Shown here in pieces: positions 21,178 to 30,804 of a stretch of 64,000 nt of DNA. The stretch covers positions 128,001-192,000 of the forward strand of contig CAWEXO010000011.1 of the NCBI GenBank assembly GCA_963813025.1, written 5' to 3'. Origin of the DNA: an uncultured Verrucomicrobiae bacterium (GTDB lineage: Bacteria > Verrucomicrobiota > Verrucomicrobiia > Chthoniobacterales > JAFAMB01). Every line of letters starts with the position of its first letter. The first letter of the stretch is position 1. The position numbers and the translations under genes are program-made. The notes under the pieces were generated by a model, which was given only the letters and a program-made list of their open reading frames with translations, was not told the origin of the DNA and searched no databases.

Positions 21178-21512
21178 TCCGGGAAGAGGAAAGGATGGTG
21201 CGGTTGGGCTTTTGCCGGACGAAACGCCGGGCCATTCACCCAGGAAGCGAGCAGATCACGATCGAAACGCGGAGGGCGCCGGTTGCGGAACAAGATGATG
21301 TAGCCCGCGGTCAAAACGGTCGGAGCCAGGGACACCATGAATTTGACGGCGAGAGGGAGCATATTGCGCCCGCTGAAAAGCATCGTAAGGACAAAGACCG
21401 AGACCATGCCCGCGACGATCACCGGCATGCCGAGATTCCCCTCAAACCCAAAGGCATGTCCTGTCGATTTCGCCCGTGGCCGGGTGTCGGTGTAGATCAG
21501 ATTATCTTTCAT
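21174..21512 (-). CDS. VirB3-like two-TM protein
   Basis: Two TMs, RNRRPPRFDRDL; stop overlaps the virB4 start. Confidence 0.65.
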   Translation of the reverse strand: MKDNLIYTDTRPRAKSTGHAFGFEGNLGMPVIVAGMVSVFVLTMLFSGRNMLPLAVKFMVSLAPTVLTAGYIILFRNRRPPRFDRDLLASWVNGPAFRPAKAQPHHPFLFPE

Positions 21513-21537
21513 CGAGTCGCGGTATACCGAGCGTGAC

Positions 21538-21903
21538 CTAAAATCCGCTAACCGCGTTCGCGGTGGGGCTGCCGCCACTGAAGAGCGCGAACAACGCCTT
21601 CATCAAAACTACGGCGCCGGCCACGCCGATTCCGTAGACGACTGTCATCTTCCAGTTTTCGTCCCGTTTCGCGTTCAGAAATCCTCCCATTACCATCACG
21701 CAGCCGGCGATGAAGCCAAAAATGGTGATTAGATTCAGACCGCTCTGGAGCGGATTAGTAAAGTTGCTCAGGTTGGCAGCCTGACCGGTTTGAGCAAAAA
21801 TCGGTGTTGCCTGGAGAAGAAGGCTTGCCAGCAAGCCCGCGAAAAGCTTCAGCACTCCGGGCCGGCTCGCTCGCGGGAGCGCTGTGGACGATGCTCTGTT
21901 CAT
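21538..21903 (-). CDS. VirB2/TrbC-like pilin
   Basis: Long signal peptide (…IFAQ) plus two Gly-rich hydrophobic helices separated by AKRDENWK; first gene of the operon. Confidence 0.65.
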   Translation of the reverse strand: MNRASSTALPRASRPGVLKLFAGLLASLLLQATPIFAQTGQAANLSNFTNPLQSGLNLITIFGFIAGCVMVMGGFLNAKRDENWKMTVVYGIGVAGAVVLMKALFALFSGGSPTANAVSGF

Positions 21904-21975
21904 AACTCTATTTATAAACGTATGTTTAGAAGTGGCAAGATAATTCTTACTGGATTTTTAAGTGTTATATGTAGA
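21904..21975. promoter_or_regulatory. AT-rich divergent promoter region between the T4SS operon and nadC, containing palindrome TAAAC-N4-GTTTA (21915-21928)
   Basis: Sharp local AT-richness; palindrome 12-25 nt upstream of the pilin ATG. Confidence 0.45.
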
Positions 21976-22084
21976 TCCGCGCTGAGCGCGACTCGGCGCC
22001 TCGATAGAACCGATGGATCAGAGGACCTGTAGCGAACAAGTTTCCAACTTGTCGGGGGCTTTAATCCCGGTATTTTCGCTGCCG

Positions 22085-22927
22085 GTGCCAGAGAATGATC
22101 CAATAGCTTTTGCCTTGGCCGAAGACATCGGATCGGGGGACCTGACCTCGACCTTCTTCGTGCCAAAACACCGGCGATCGCGGGCCCGCATTTTCGCCAA
22201 GGAACCAGCCGTTGTTGCCGGCACCGGAGTGGCTGAGCAGGTATATCAAACGGTCGACTCAAGCCTCGACGTAGTCATCACTATTCCAGATGGCACGCCT
22301 GTCTCGGCGGGTGACACCGTGTTGCAAATCAGTGGAACTACTCGTTCGATTTTGACTGGTGAACGCGTGGCGTTGAATTTCATCCAGCGACTCTCCGGGA
22401 TCGCTACGCTGACGCGAGAGTTTGTTCGCCGAACCGCCGGAACAAGTGCGAAGATCCTCGACACGCGTAAGACCACCCCCGGGCTACGCCGCCTGGAGAA
22501 GGCAGCGGTGAAAGCAGGCGGTGGACAGAACCATCGGATGGGTTTGTTCGATGGCGTTATCGTCAAGGATAATCATCTCCTCACTCGACCAGAACTGGCG
22601 GAGGCCATCCACGCTCTCAAGCAGACTCATCCCGACGTCATGATCGAGGTGGAGGCTGATTCGTTGGATCAGGTAAAAACGTTTGTCCAATTGCCCGGGG
22701 TCGACCGCATCCTCCTGGATAATATGTCGCCGACTGCGTTGAGAGCGTGTGTCGCGCTGCGCCGACCGAACCTGACTTTCGAAGCGAGTGGCGGGATTAG
22801 CCTGGACACGGTTGAGGAAATCGCGAAAACGGGGGTGGATTACATTTCGGTCGGGCAACTGACCCATTCGGCTCGCGCGATTGATTTTTCCTTGGAGCTG
22901 CTCGATGAAGAAATCGGGCGAAAGTGA
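22085..22927 (+). CDS. nadC: Nicotinate-nucleotide diphosphorylase (carboxylating)
   Basis: ALAEDIG..DLTS, ERVALNF, DTRKTTPGLR, NHRMGL, KDNH, EVE, LLDNM, EASGG. Confidence 0.96.
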   Translation: MPENDPIAFALAEDIGSGDLTSTFFVPKHRRSRARIFAKEPAVVAGTGVAEQVYQTVDSSLDVVITIPDGTPVSAGDTVLQISGTTRSILTGERVALNFIQRLSGIATLTREFVRRTAGTSAKILDTRKTTPGLRRLEKAAVKAGGGQNHRMGLFDGVIVKDNHLLTRPELAEAIHALKQTHPDVMIEVEADSLDQVKTFVQLPGVDRILLDNMSPTALRACVALRRPNLTFEASGGISLDTVEEIAKTGVDYISVGQLTHSARAIDFSLELLDEEIGRK

Positions 22928-23660
22928 GCTGCTCCGTTTTCTTCTTCATAGAGAGCGGACGTCAACCGAACTACAAACGCAGTTTGGCTGGGACAGACCT
23001 ACACTGGAGACCAACCTGGCGTCCCTGCAGGACGCCGGAATCGTCTTCCACCGGAACAACCAACGCATTTGTCTGGTGCGTGAACCTGACCAGCTGATCC
23101 CGGCGACGATCCTCGCTCGATTAGAAACCGAATTTGTGGGGCGGGAGGTCGTCGTCCTCCGTGAGACCGGATCGACCAATGACCGGGTTCGGCAGGCCGC
23201 CCTCGGTGGTGAAAAAGCGGGTCTGGTCATCTTTGCCGAAAAACAGACGACGGGGCGAGGACAGCATGGCCGACGTTGGGTCTCGGCGGAAGGAGCCGGT
23301 CTCTGGGGCTCGCTGCTGCTCGCCTCTGATCCGGCGAAAGAAAGTGACGCGATTCTCCGCGGCGCCGCAGAGGCGACACTCCACTCTCTCGAAACCTTGC
23401 TACCGGTGAAAGTCAGTCTGAAACTACCGAACGATCTGCTGATCGACGGCGCTAAAATTGGTGGGTTTCTCCTGGAAAGTGTCGTTACTCCTCCTTGTCG
23501 CGTCTTGGGATTTGGCGTTAACGTGCGGAGTTCTCCTTCAATGCCAGAGTATCCGACGACCTTTGCGGATCACTACGCCGCGCGTCCACTCAGTCGGGCG
23601 GCGCTGGCGGCGGAAATCCTGAATCGGTTCGACCGATGGTACCTGAGAGGCCAGCTCTAA
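22905..23660 (+). CDS. birA: Biotin--[acetyl-CoA-carboxylase] ligase with N-terminal HTH
   Basis: STND, AEKQTTGRGQHGRRW, KLPNDL, KIGGFLLE, GFGVNV. Confidence 0.9.
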   Translation: MKKSGESELLRFLLHRERTSTELQTQFGWDRPTLETNLASLQDAGIVFHRNNQRICLVREPDQLIPATILARLETEFVGREVVVLRETGSTNDRVRQAALGGEKAGLVIFAEKQTTGRGQHGRRWVSAEGAGLWGSLLLASDPAKESDAILRGAAEATLHSLETLLPVKVSLKLPNDLLIDGAKIGGFLLESVVTPPCRVLGFGVNVRSSPSMPEYPTTFADHYAARPLSRAALAAEILNRFDRWYLRGQL

Positions 23661-23785
23661 CAAAGGGGGTCGTCCGAGAAGGAGGCATGTCTGCCTTACC
23701 TGGCCACGGTGCGTTATCGCGGGACGAAGGGATCGCCCAGCGTGTCGTGCGATGCCCTCGATCCCGTGACCCAGAAAGGCGTGTG

Positions 23786-23925
23786 CGTTGCGTAGCGCCG
23801 ACGGCCCCGTCGGTACTCCGGGGAGATGCCCAGCGCGGCCTTGAGCATCACCGGATCAAGTAGATCGCGCGACGTCTTGGGCGTGTTCACCGGAGTACCG
23901 ACGGGGCCGTCGGCGCTACGCAACG
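23786..23925. repeat. REP doublet (REPIN-like): perfect 36-bp inverted repeat
   Basis: 23786-23821 CGTTGCGTAGCGCCGACGGCCCCGTCGGTACTCCGG is the exact reverse complement of 23890-23925. Each arm has GTAG plus hairpin CCGACGG-CC-CCGTCGG. Confidence 0.9.
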
Positions 23926-24022
23926 TCTTACGCAGGGCCTGATGCGTCGTCGATGAATCGAGGGATCGCGCAAAGGTCAAAGTCCGACACGGACGAGGCC
24001 GTCCGCGCTACTCGGCCCATCC

Positions 24023-25342
24023 TCACGTTTTCGTTTCGCCGCCGTTATCCCGGCCGTCGGCCAGCAACTCATGCTGTAAAGGCAGTCGCACAGTAAACGT
24101 CGCGCCCGCTCCGGGCCGGCTCTCCACCGCGACCGTACCGCCATGCGCCTGCACAGTGTGTTTGACGATCGAAAGACCGATCCCGGTCCCTCCCGCGTCA
24201 CGCGATCGATCTTTGTGAACCCGATAAAACCGTTCGAAGATATGCGGTTGATCGCTCAACGGAATACCTGGTCCGTTGTCTTTGACCTGGAGAACAAGAT
24301 CGTCCTTATCGCATCCGGCGGTAATGACGACCTTGGTGCCGGGCACGCGGCCATATTTCAAAGCGTTGTCGACCAGGTTTAAGAGAACTTGCTCGAGTCG
24401 CAAAGGATCAGCCTCGATCACCGGGAGCGAGTCGGGTAGTTCCGCCGAAACCTCCGCCTGAAGCGCGGTAATCATCGTCTCAAGCCTTTCCACGACTCGG
24501 TCAACGCACTCACCAATATCGACTGGCTCGAAATGCAAACTGAGCTTCTGCGACTCCAATTGAGCGAGCGTCAGAAGATCCTCGACCAGCAGGTTTAAAC
24601 GTTGGGCGTGCTTCCGCATGACCTGAAGAAAACGACGAGTCATTTCTGGTTCCGCATCTCCATCCAGCAACGTTTCCAGATAGCCGGTGATAACCGATAA
24701 AGGTGTTCGCAATTCATGAGATACGTTGGCCACAAAATCTTTCCTGACGATCTCCAAAGAACGTACCTGCGAAACATCGTGAAAAATGAGGAGAACGCCG
24801 GCCAGCGGTTCGTGTTCCCTGGGCCGGAGGCGAACGGAAGTGATCTGAAAATTCCGTTGGCGAAATTGCCCGCTTTCCTGAAGCTCGACCTGCAGCTCTT
24901 CATACTGAGCTTCTTCGGAGGAAACGGTTCGACTGACCAGCTGGTGGAGTTGATGATTGCGAAACGCTTCCATGACAGTTCGACCGACAGGAGCGGTGGG
25001 CAGAGAAAACATCTGACCCAGCCGTTCGTTGGTCAGCCGGATTCGCAGTTCGGTATCGGTAATGAGGACACCTTCGACCATGCTGCTCAGGATGGCGCGA
25101 AGGCTGAAGTCTTCGTCAGCGACCCGGCGCGCAATCTCTTGTTGATGCGCCTGGATCCGTTGCAGATCGCGGTAAATGTCCTGGATAACCGGGGAGCCTT
25201 GGAGTCGCGCTTTCAATTCGCCATCGGAGGCCAAGCCGTGGACGGCTTGGCGAAGCTGAATCAGCTGCCGTCTGCAGGACCAGGCCATGATCGCCAGAGG
25301 CAGACTCACGGCTCCCCATAAGATAATCCACCAGAGCATCAC
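24023..25342 (-). CDS. phoR: PhoR-like PAS sensor histidine kinase
   Basis: ILSSMVEGV (PAS), RKDFVANVSHELRTPL, NLVDNALKY, DNGPGI, IFERFYRV..RSR..GGTGIGL. Confidence 0.85.
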   Translation of the reverse strand: MMLWWIILWGAVSLPLAIMAWSCRRQLIQLRQAVHGLASDGELKARLQGSPVIQDIYRDLQRIQAHQQEIARRVADEDFSLRAILSSMVEGVLITDTELRIRLTNERLGQMFSLPTAPVGRTVMEAFRNHQLHQLVSRTVSSEEAQYEELQVELQESGQFRQRNFQITSVRLRPREHEPLAGVLLIFHDVSQVRSLEIVRKDFVANVSHELRTPLSVITGYLETLLDGDAEPEMTRRFLQVMRKHAQRLNLLVEDLLTLAQLESQKLSLHFEPVDIGECVDRVVERLETMITALQAEVSAELPDSLPVIEADPLRLEQVLLNLVDNALKYGRVPGTKVVITAGCDKDDLVLQVKDNGPGIPLSDQPHIFERFYRVHKDRSRDAGGTGIGLSIVKHTVQAHGGTVAVESRPGAGATFTVRLPLQHELLADGRDNGGETKT

Positions 25343-26028
25343 GACTCGCGCTGTGCCAGAAACCGGTAGCCTTCGCCCCTGACCGTCACGATGCGATTAG
25401 CGACCGGGCCAAGTTTCTCGCGCAATCGTCGAACATGGGTATCCACAGTGCGCGTGTCGATCGGGTTCTCGTATCCCCAGACATCCTGCAAAAGCATTTC
25501 CCGGGTGAGAGTTCGGCCGCGTCGCTCGACCATGACTGCCAATAATTTGAACTCCGTGAGGGTCAGGTCGAGACGTTTGCCGCGGACGGTGATTCCGAAG
25601 TTGGCTTTATCCAGGTGAAAATCATCAACGTTGACGACGGCCGACCTCTGCACGGCGCGCAGCCGACGCAGGAGATTTTGAATTCTCAGGACCAACTCGC
25701 GGGGGCTAAAGGGCTTGGTGATGTAATCGTCGACACCCATCTCCAGACCGGCAAGGCGCTCGGCCGGCGCTGCCTTTGCCGTCAGAACCAAAATCGGGAT
25801 ATCACAAGTCCCTTTATTCTTGCGAAGGGCCTCAAAGACTTCCGTCCCAGTCATCTGAGGCAGCATGATGTCGAGGACGATCGCGTTGGGTCGGGTTTGC
25901 GTAGCCGCGGTCAGCCCCGACGGACCGTTCAAAGCAACGAGGACGTTAAAGCCGGCCCGATGCAAATGGTATCGGACAAGATCGACTACGTCCGGTTCAT
26001 CATCGACAACCAGGATTGTGTCCCGCAT
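25339..26028 (-). CDS. phoB: OmpR/PhoB-family response regulator
   Basis: ILVVDDE, LDIMLP, DDYITKPFS, TRTVDTHVRRLREKL; coupled to the phoR-like gene. Confidence 0.85.
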   Translation of the reverse strand: MRDTILVVDDEPDVVDLVRYHLHRAGFNVLVALNGPSGLTAATQTRPNAIVLDIMLPQMTGTEVFEALRKNKGTCDIPILVLTAKAAPAERLAGLEMGVDDYITKPFSPRELVLRIQNLLRRLRAVQRSAVVNVDDFHLDKANFGITVRGKRLDLTLTEFKLLAVMVERRGRTLTREMLLQDVWGYENPIDTRTVDTHVRRLREKLGPVANRIVTVRGEGYRFLAQRES

Positions 26029-26293
26029 CGGATTCGCACCCTATCGAATGGGTTCGAAGCCATCAAGGTTTGACAAAAAAAATGATTCGGGCTGCGCACG
26101 CCAAGGAGTAGAGTCGAGAGAAACCGTGCGCAAACCCGAATCGCCTTAACCGATCAAAGTAGACATGAGCCTTGGCCCTGCCGTTCAAAGTTTCTTCTTT
26201 TTATTTTCGAATGATTCAGATTTAACCTTCCGGGTTTGGCAGCCCAAGGAAGGCGGTACAGCCGATAGACGATTAGCTTGAGAAACGACGATC

Positions 26294-27766
26294 GTGATCG
26301 CTAAACCCTTTATTGCCTGCGACTTAGGAGCTGAAAGCGGACGCATCGTTCTCGGCCGTTTGGACGGCGGCAAGGTCACCCTGGAGGAAGTTCATCGATT
26401 CGCCACGGGGCCTTCAACGGTGCAAGGAACTCTGCGCTGGGACATTCTTCGGTTCTTCGATGAGATCAAAGACGGCCTGCGCAAGACCAAGACGGCAGGC
26501 AACCGTCCGGCTGTGATCAGCGTGGACAGCTGGGGAGTCGACTATGCTTTGTTCTCGCGTTCTGAGCCCCTTCTTGGCCTACCTTTTCATTATCGGGACA
26601 GCCGAACGGATTCGTCTTCGGAGGAGCTGCTGAAGAAGACGGGACGAGAGTTGATTTTTCGGGAAACCGGAATTCAGTTCATGGCGATCAACACCCTTTA
26701 CCAGCTCTACGACGATGTTCTGCATCGGCCTGGGTTGCTGAGGCTGGCTGAAAAATTCCTACCAATCGCCGACTACCTCCAATACCTCCTCTGCGGGCAT
26801 CCGGCGGCCGAGATCAGCTCGGCGAGTACCACCCAGATTTTCAATCCCGTGACGGGTCGCTGGTCGGACGCGCTGATCGAGTCTGTGGGCGTGCCCCGTT
26901 CGCTGTTTCCCGACGTCGTCCCGTCCGGAACACTCCTGGGTAAACTGAGCCCTGACGTCGCAACGATGACCGGGCTGGCCGACTGCCAGGTCTGCGCCAC
27001 CTGCTCTCATGATACCGGGGCAGCGGTCGCTGGCGTTCCCGCGCGCGGAAAAAATTGGGCTTTTATCAGTTCCGGCACTTGGTCGCTCCTCGGCGTAGAG
27101 TTGGCGGAGCCAGTCATTAATGACGAGAGTCTTGCCGCCAATTACACCAACGAACTCGGCTTTGGACGGAAAGTGCGTTTCCTTAAGAATATCCTGGGAC
27201 TCTGGATTCTTCAGGAAGTCAAACGTGAATTGGCTGATCAAGGGTCAAACCTGGATTATCCGGCGCTCAATCTCCTGGCGGAACAAAGTGCTCCCCTCGT
27301 CTCGATTATTAATCCGAATCACGGGCCTTTTTTGAAGCCCGGGCACATGATCGAAAAGATCCAGGAATTTTGCCGGGCGACCGGACAGGTCGTGCCGAGC
27401 GATCCGGGAGCGATTGCGCGGTGTACCCTGGAAAGCCTCGCTCTCTCGTATGCGGATCAGCTGGCAGAGATCCGGCGGCTGGTCGGGACCTCCATCGAAC
27501 TAGTGCACGTCGTCGGCGGAGGCAGTAGAAGCCGTCTGCTGAACCAGTTCACGGCAGACGCTTCACGAATACCGGTTTCAGCGGGTCCGGTCGAGGCGAC
27601 CGCTCTGGGCAATCTCTTAGTCCAAGCCGTCGCTGCCGGTGAATTAGGTTCGCAGGACGATATTCGGGAGGTTATTCGAAACTCGTTTACTTTGGAGACG
27701 TTTCTGCCGGCCAATCCTGATCCATGGTCGGAGGCGCTGGCTTACTACCGAAAGATTATCTCATGA
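26294..27766 (+). CDS. rhaB: Rhamnulokinase
   Basis: DLGAESGR, VDSWGVDY, YRDSR, TGIQFM.INTLYQL, SHDT, ISSGTWSL, NELG, LKNI.GLW, GPVEATALGN. Confidence 0.92.
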   Translation: MIAKPFIACDLGAESGRIVLGRLDGGKVTLEEVHRFATGPSTVQGTLRWDILRFFDEIKDGLRKTKTAGNRPAVISVDSWGVDYALFSRSEPLLGLPFHYRDSRTDSSSEELLKKTGRELIFRETGIQFMAINTLYQLYDDVLHRPGLLRLAEKFLPIADYLQYLLCGHPAAEISSASTTQIFNPVTGRWSDALIESVGVPRSLFPDVVPSGTLLGKLSPDVATMTGLADCQVCATCSHDTGAAVAGVPARGKNWAFISSGTWSLLGVELAEPVINDESLAANYTNELGFGRKVRFLKNILGLWILQEVKRELADQGSNLDYPALNLLAEQSAPLVSIINPNHGPFLKPGHMIEKIQEFCRATGQVVPSDPGAIARCTLESLALSYADQLAEIRRLVGTSIELVHVVGGGSRSRLLNQFTADASRIPVSAGPVEATALGNLLVQAVAAGELGSQDDIREVIRNSFTLETFLPANPDPWSEALAYYRKIIS

Positions 27767-29943
27767 AATCTGACTTCCGCTTTGTACGTTATCTCTGGGA
27801 CGAAGCTTACGCCGCGCGGCTCAGCGCGGTGGAGCGACTGGTCTACCGATCCAACCTGCTGGGCGCTGACCAGCGAATCACGAATACCGGCGGCGGTAAC
27901 ACGTCGTCCAAGGTTGAAGAGAAAGATCCGTTGACTGGCGAACCAGTCGAGGTGCTCTGGGTGAAAGGTTCGGGCGGCGATTTGCGCACGGCGAAAACAG
28001 AGAATTTCGCGAGCCTGACGATGCCCTGCCTCCAACGTCTGCGGACCATCTATGAACGATCCGACAAAAAAGGTCCAAAAACAGATGTTGAGGACCGGAT
28101 GGTGTCCAATTACCCGCACTGCACGTACAATCTTAACCCGCGCGCATCCTCGATTGACACTCCTTTGCACGCCTTCGTTCCTTTTAAGAATGTCGATCAC
28201 ACGCATCCCAACGCGGTGATCGCGGTGGCAGCGTCGAGGAATGGTGAAGCGATCGCCAAGAAGATCTATGGCGATGAGATTGTCTGGCTGCCGTGGCAAC
28301 GCCCGGGATTCGATCTTGGGCTGATGCTGGCCGAGGCTTGCGCTCGCAATCCAAAGGCGAAGGGAGCGATTCTCGGGCAGCACGGTTTAATCAACTGGGC
28401 AAATGACGATCGCGCAGTATACGATCTGAGCCTCGAACTTATTGAAAAGACCGCTGCCCACATTGAACATGAAGCAACAGCGAGTCCTTTTGGCGGTCAA
28501 AAGTATTCCCGCCTCTCTCCGGACGAACGTGACGATCTGCTTGTTGGCATCCTGCCTTGGCTTCGCGGTCAAATCAGCCAGGGGCGGCGCTTGATCGGAA
28601 CCGTCCAGACCGATGACGCTATTCTGCAGTTTGTAAACAGTCACGACGCGCCCCGTTTGGCTGAACTTGGTACATCGTGTCCGGACCACTTCCTGCGCAC
28701 CAAGATCAGGCCCCTTTTTGTCGACTGGGATCCGGTGGCAAAAGATCTCGTGCTCCTCAAAAGAATGCTGGCGGAAGGTCTGGAGAAGTATCGGGCGGAT
28801 TATGCGGCGTACTACAACCGGTGCCGCCACCCCGATTCTCCCGCGATGCGCGATCCTAATCCAACCGTTATTCTCATTCCCGGGCTTGGCATGGCGGCGT
28901 GGGGCAAAGACAAAAGCGAGTCCAGGGTTACCGCGGAATTTTATAATTGTGCGGTTGAAGTCATGCTCGGTGCGGAAACGCTCGACGAGTACATTGCCCT
29001 GCCGCAACAGGAAGCTTTCGACATCGAATATTGGCGCCTGGAAGAGGCCAAGCTGCGGCGTATGCCTCCCGAAAAGGAACTTGCCCGCAAGGTCATTGTT
29101 GTTTTTGGTGCGGGCAGTGGAATCGGGCGTGAAGTGGGCCGTCGGGTCGTGCGCGATGGCGCACACCTCGTGAGCGTCGATTTGAACCAGGATGCCGCGA
29201 ACGACACGGCCGACGAAATTATCCAGACTTACGGCCAAGGTATCGGGGTGGCAGGTTCGGGAGTTTCGCAAGCAGGTCCGGCCGTCGGATTGGCGGCCGA
29301 TATTACCGACCGTCCCTCGGTCCGCAGCGTTTTCCGGAACGCCGTTCTGGCCTATGGCGGATTTGACGGGATCGCGATTACCGCTGCGGTCTTTTTCCCG
29401 CCGGATCCAACTGGAAAATTGTCCGATTCGAAATGGGCCGCGACGCTGAACGTGAACATCACCGGGTCCTATATTGCGGCCGACGAAGGCAGAACCATTC
29501 TGGTTGAACAAGGTTTGCCGGCTTCAATCGTTCTCACGTCGAGTGCCAACGCCATCGTCGCGAAAAAGGGCAGCATCGCTTACGACATCAGCAAGGCGGC
29601 AACCAATCACCTGGTCCGCGAACTCGCGATCGAGTACGCGCCGCTCATCCGAGTCAATGCCGTGGCTCCGGCGACTGTGGTGCAGGGCAGCGGGATGTTT
29701 CCTCGCGAACGCGTAAGAGGATCTCTGCAGAAATACCAGATCACCTTTTTGGAGACTGAATCCACTGAAGAATTGACGGCGAAGCTCGCGCAGTTTTATG
29801 CCGATCGCACCCTGACGCATGTGCCGATCACTCCGGCCGATCAAGCGGAGGCCTACTTCGCCCTGCTGTCGGATCGCTTTCGGCAGACTGCTGGACAGAT
29901 CTTCGCGGTGGATGGCGGTCTGAGCGAGGCGTTCTTGAGGTAG
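27763..29943 (+). CDS. Bifunctional rhamnulose-1-phosphate aldolase / short-chain dehydrogenase (RhaEW/YuxG type)
   Basis: RSNLLG.DQRITNTGGGNTS, VKGSGGD, SIDTPLH, HTHP, SCPDHFLRTK, EYWRLEEAKL, then SDR domain GAGSGIG..YDISK. Confidence 0.93.
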   Translation: MKSDFRFVRYLWDEAYAARLSAVERLVYRSNLLGADQRITNTGGGNTSSKVEEKDPLTGEPVEVLWVKGSGGDLRTAKTENFASLTMPCLQRLRTIYERSDKKGPKTDVEDRMVSNYPHCTYNLNPRASSIDTPLHAFVPFKNVDHTHPNAVIAVAASRNGEAIAKKIYGDEIVWLPWQRPGFDLGLMLAEACARNPKAKGAILGQHGLINWANDDRAVYDLSLELIEKTAAHIEHEATASPFGGQKYSRLSPDERDDLLVGILPWLRGQISQGRRLIGTVQTDDAILQFVNSHDAPRLAELGTSCPDHFLRTKIRPLFVDWDPVAKDLVLLKRMLAEGLEKYRADYAAYYNRCRHPDSPAMRDPNPTVILIPGLGMAAWGKDKSESRVTAEFYNCAVEVMLGAETLDEYIALPQQEAFDIEYWRLEEAKLRRMPPEKELARKVIVVFGAGSGIGREVGRRVVRDGAHLVSVDLNQDAANDTADEIIQTYGQGIGVAGSGVSQAGPAVGLAADITDRPSVRSVFRNAVLAYGGFDGIAITAAVFFPPDPTGKLSDSKWAATLNVNITGSYIAADEGRTILVEQGLPASIVLTSSANAIVAKKGSIAYDISKAATNHLVRELAIEYAPLIRVNAVAPATVVQGSGMFPRERVRGSLQKYQITFLETESTEELTAKLAQFYADRTLTHVPITPADQAEAYFALLSDRFRQTAGQIFAVDGGLSEAFLR

Positions 29944-29968
29944 CTAAGGAAGGAGTCACAGGACTCCG

Positions 29969-30439
29969 TCAGCCTCCATGCTGTTCGCCCTTCGATCCCT
30001 CTGCCAGACAGACCAGCAGATAGGCGGTTTGCCCGTGCCAGTTCACCGGAACGACATAACTCCTCTGCTGCCGTTTCGGGAACTGATCGGAGCCGTTCAT
30101 CATGAAAGGGACAGAGATGCGGAAGTCGCTGCCAAACTGCTCGCGAGCGTTTCCGCTGAGAGTATTGGCAATCTCTCCGACCAGATCCCGTTTAGCGGTT
30201 TCGCCGGTTTCCGGCTCATCAAGCAAAGAGAGGATTTGGCGGAGCATTGGGCTGTTCGCGGTGAAGCAAACAATGCCGTGAACCCGACCCGAGATGTTAA
30301 TGACCCCGGTGTATTCAAGCAATGGTTCGGGATGATCGCGCAGGAAAGGGGGCTCGATGACTACCCGATCATCCTCATCCAGGGATTCAAAATACCGGTG
30401 AATGTTGGCAATGAAAACCTGGATTTCGTCGTCCTTCAT
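29969..30439 (-). CDS. cheX: CheX-family phosphatase
   Basis: YTGVINISG..G, DLVGEIANTLSGNAR (ExxN motif), ISVP. Confidence 0.85.
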   Translation of the reverse strand: MKDDEIQVFIANIHRYFESLDEDDRVVIEPPFLRDHPEPLLEYTGVINISGRVHGIVCFTANSPMLRQILSLLDEPETGETAKRDLVGEIANTLSGNAREQFGSDFRISVPFMMNGSDQFPKRQQRSYVVPVNWHGQTAYLLVCLAEGSKGEQHGG

Positions 30440-30804
30440 CTGATTGAGTCATCCATGAGCAACTGGAATGATTCGCGCAGTTCGTCCGGATGAATCGGCT
30501 TGCAAAGAAAGCCGCTCGCGCCGCGTTTGATCGCGTCGATCGCCGTACTTCGATCGCGCAGCGCAGAAATTACGAGCACCTTGACCCCAGGGTTCAATGT
30601 GATAATGCGATCAAGACAGGTCAGTCCATCCATCAAAGGCATCGTGATATCCATCGTCACGACTTCGTGATGTTTTTCCTGGTAAAGACGAACGGCCTCT
30701 TCGCCATTTGAAGCCTGGTCGACCTCCGATATTGCTCCCAGCCCCAGATCGCGTTCAATTGCGCGCCGGACAACCAACGAGTCATCGACGATTAAGAGCT
30801 TCAT
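30436..30804 (-). CDS. Stand-alone CheY-like response regulator
   Basis: LLIVDDS, VTMDITMP.MDG, VISA, FLCKP; 122 aa. Confidence 0.92.
   Translation of the reverse strand: MKLLIVDDSLVVRRAIERDLGLGAISEVDQASNGEEAVRLYQEKHHEVVTMDITMPLMDGLTCLDRIITLNPGVKVLVISALRDRSTAIDAIKRGASGFLCKPIHPDELRESFQLLMDDSIR

Noticed and set aside
20434..21303. 289-aa plus-strand ORF
   Set aside because: Shadow of virB4 with no motifs.
9620..22010. T4SS region as a complete ICE or integrated plasmid
   Set aside because: No integrase, relaxase, coupling protein, rep gene or flanking direct repeats found by eye.
23636..23980. Small ORFs between birA and phoR
   Set aside because: They run across the REP doublet and show no protein features.
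28387..29511. 374-aa minus-strand ORF
   Set aside because: Shadow of the aldolase/dehydrogenase gene.
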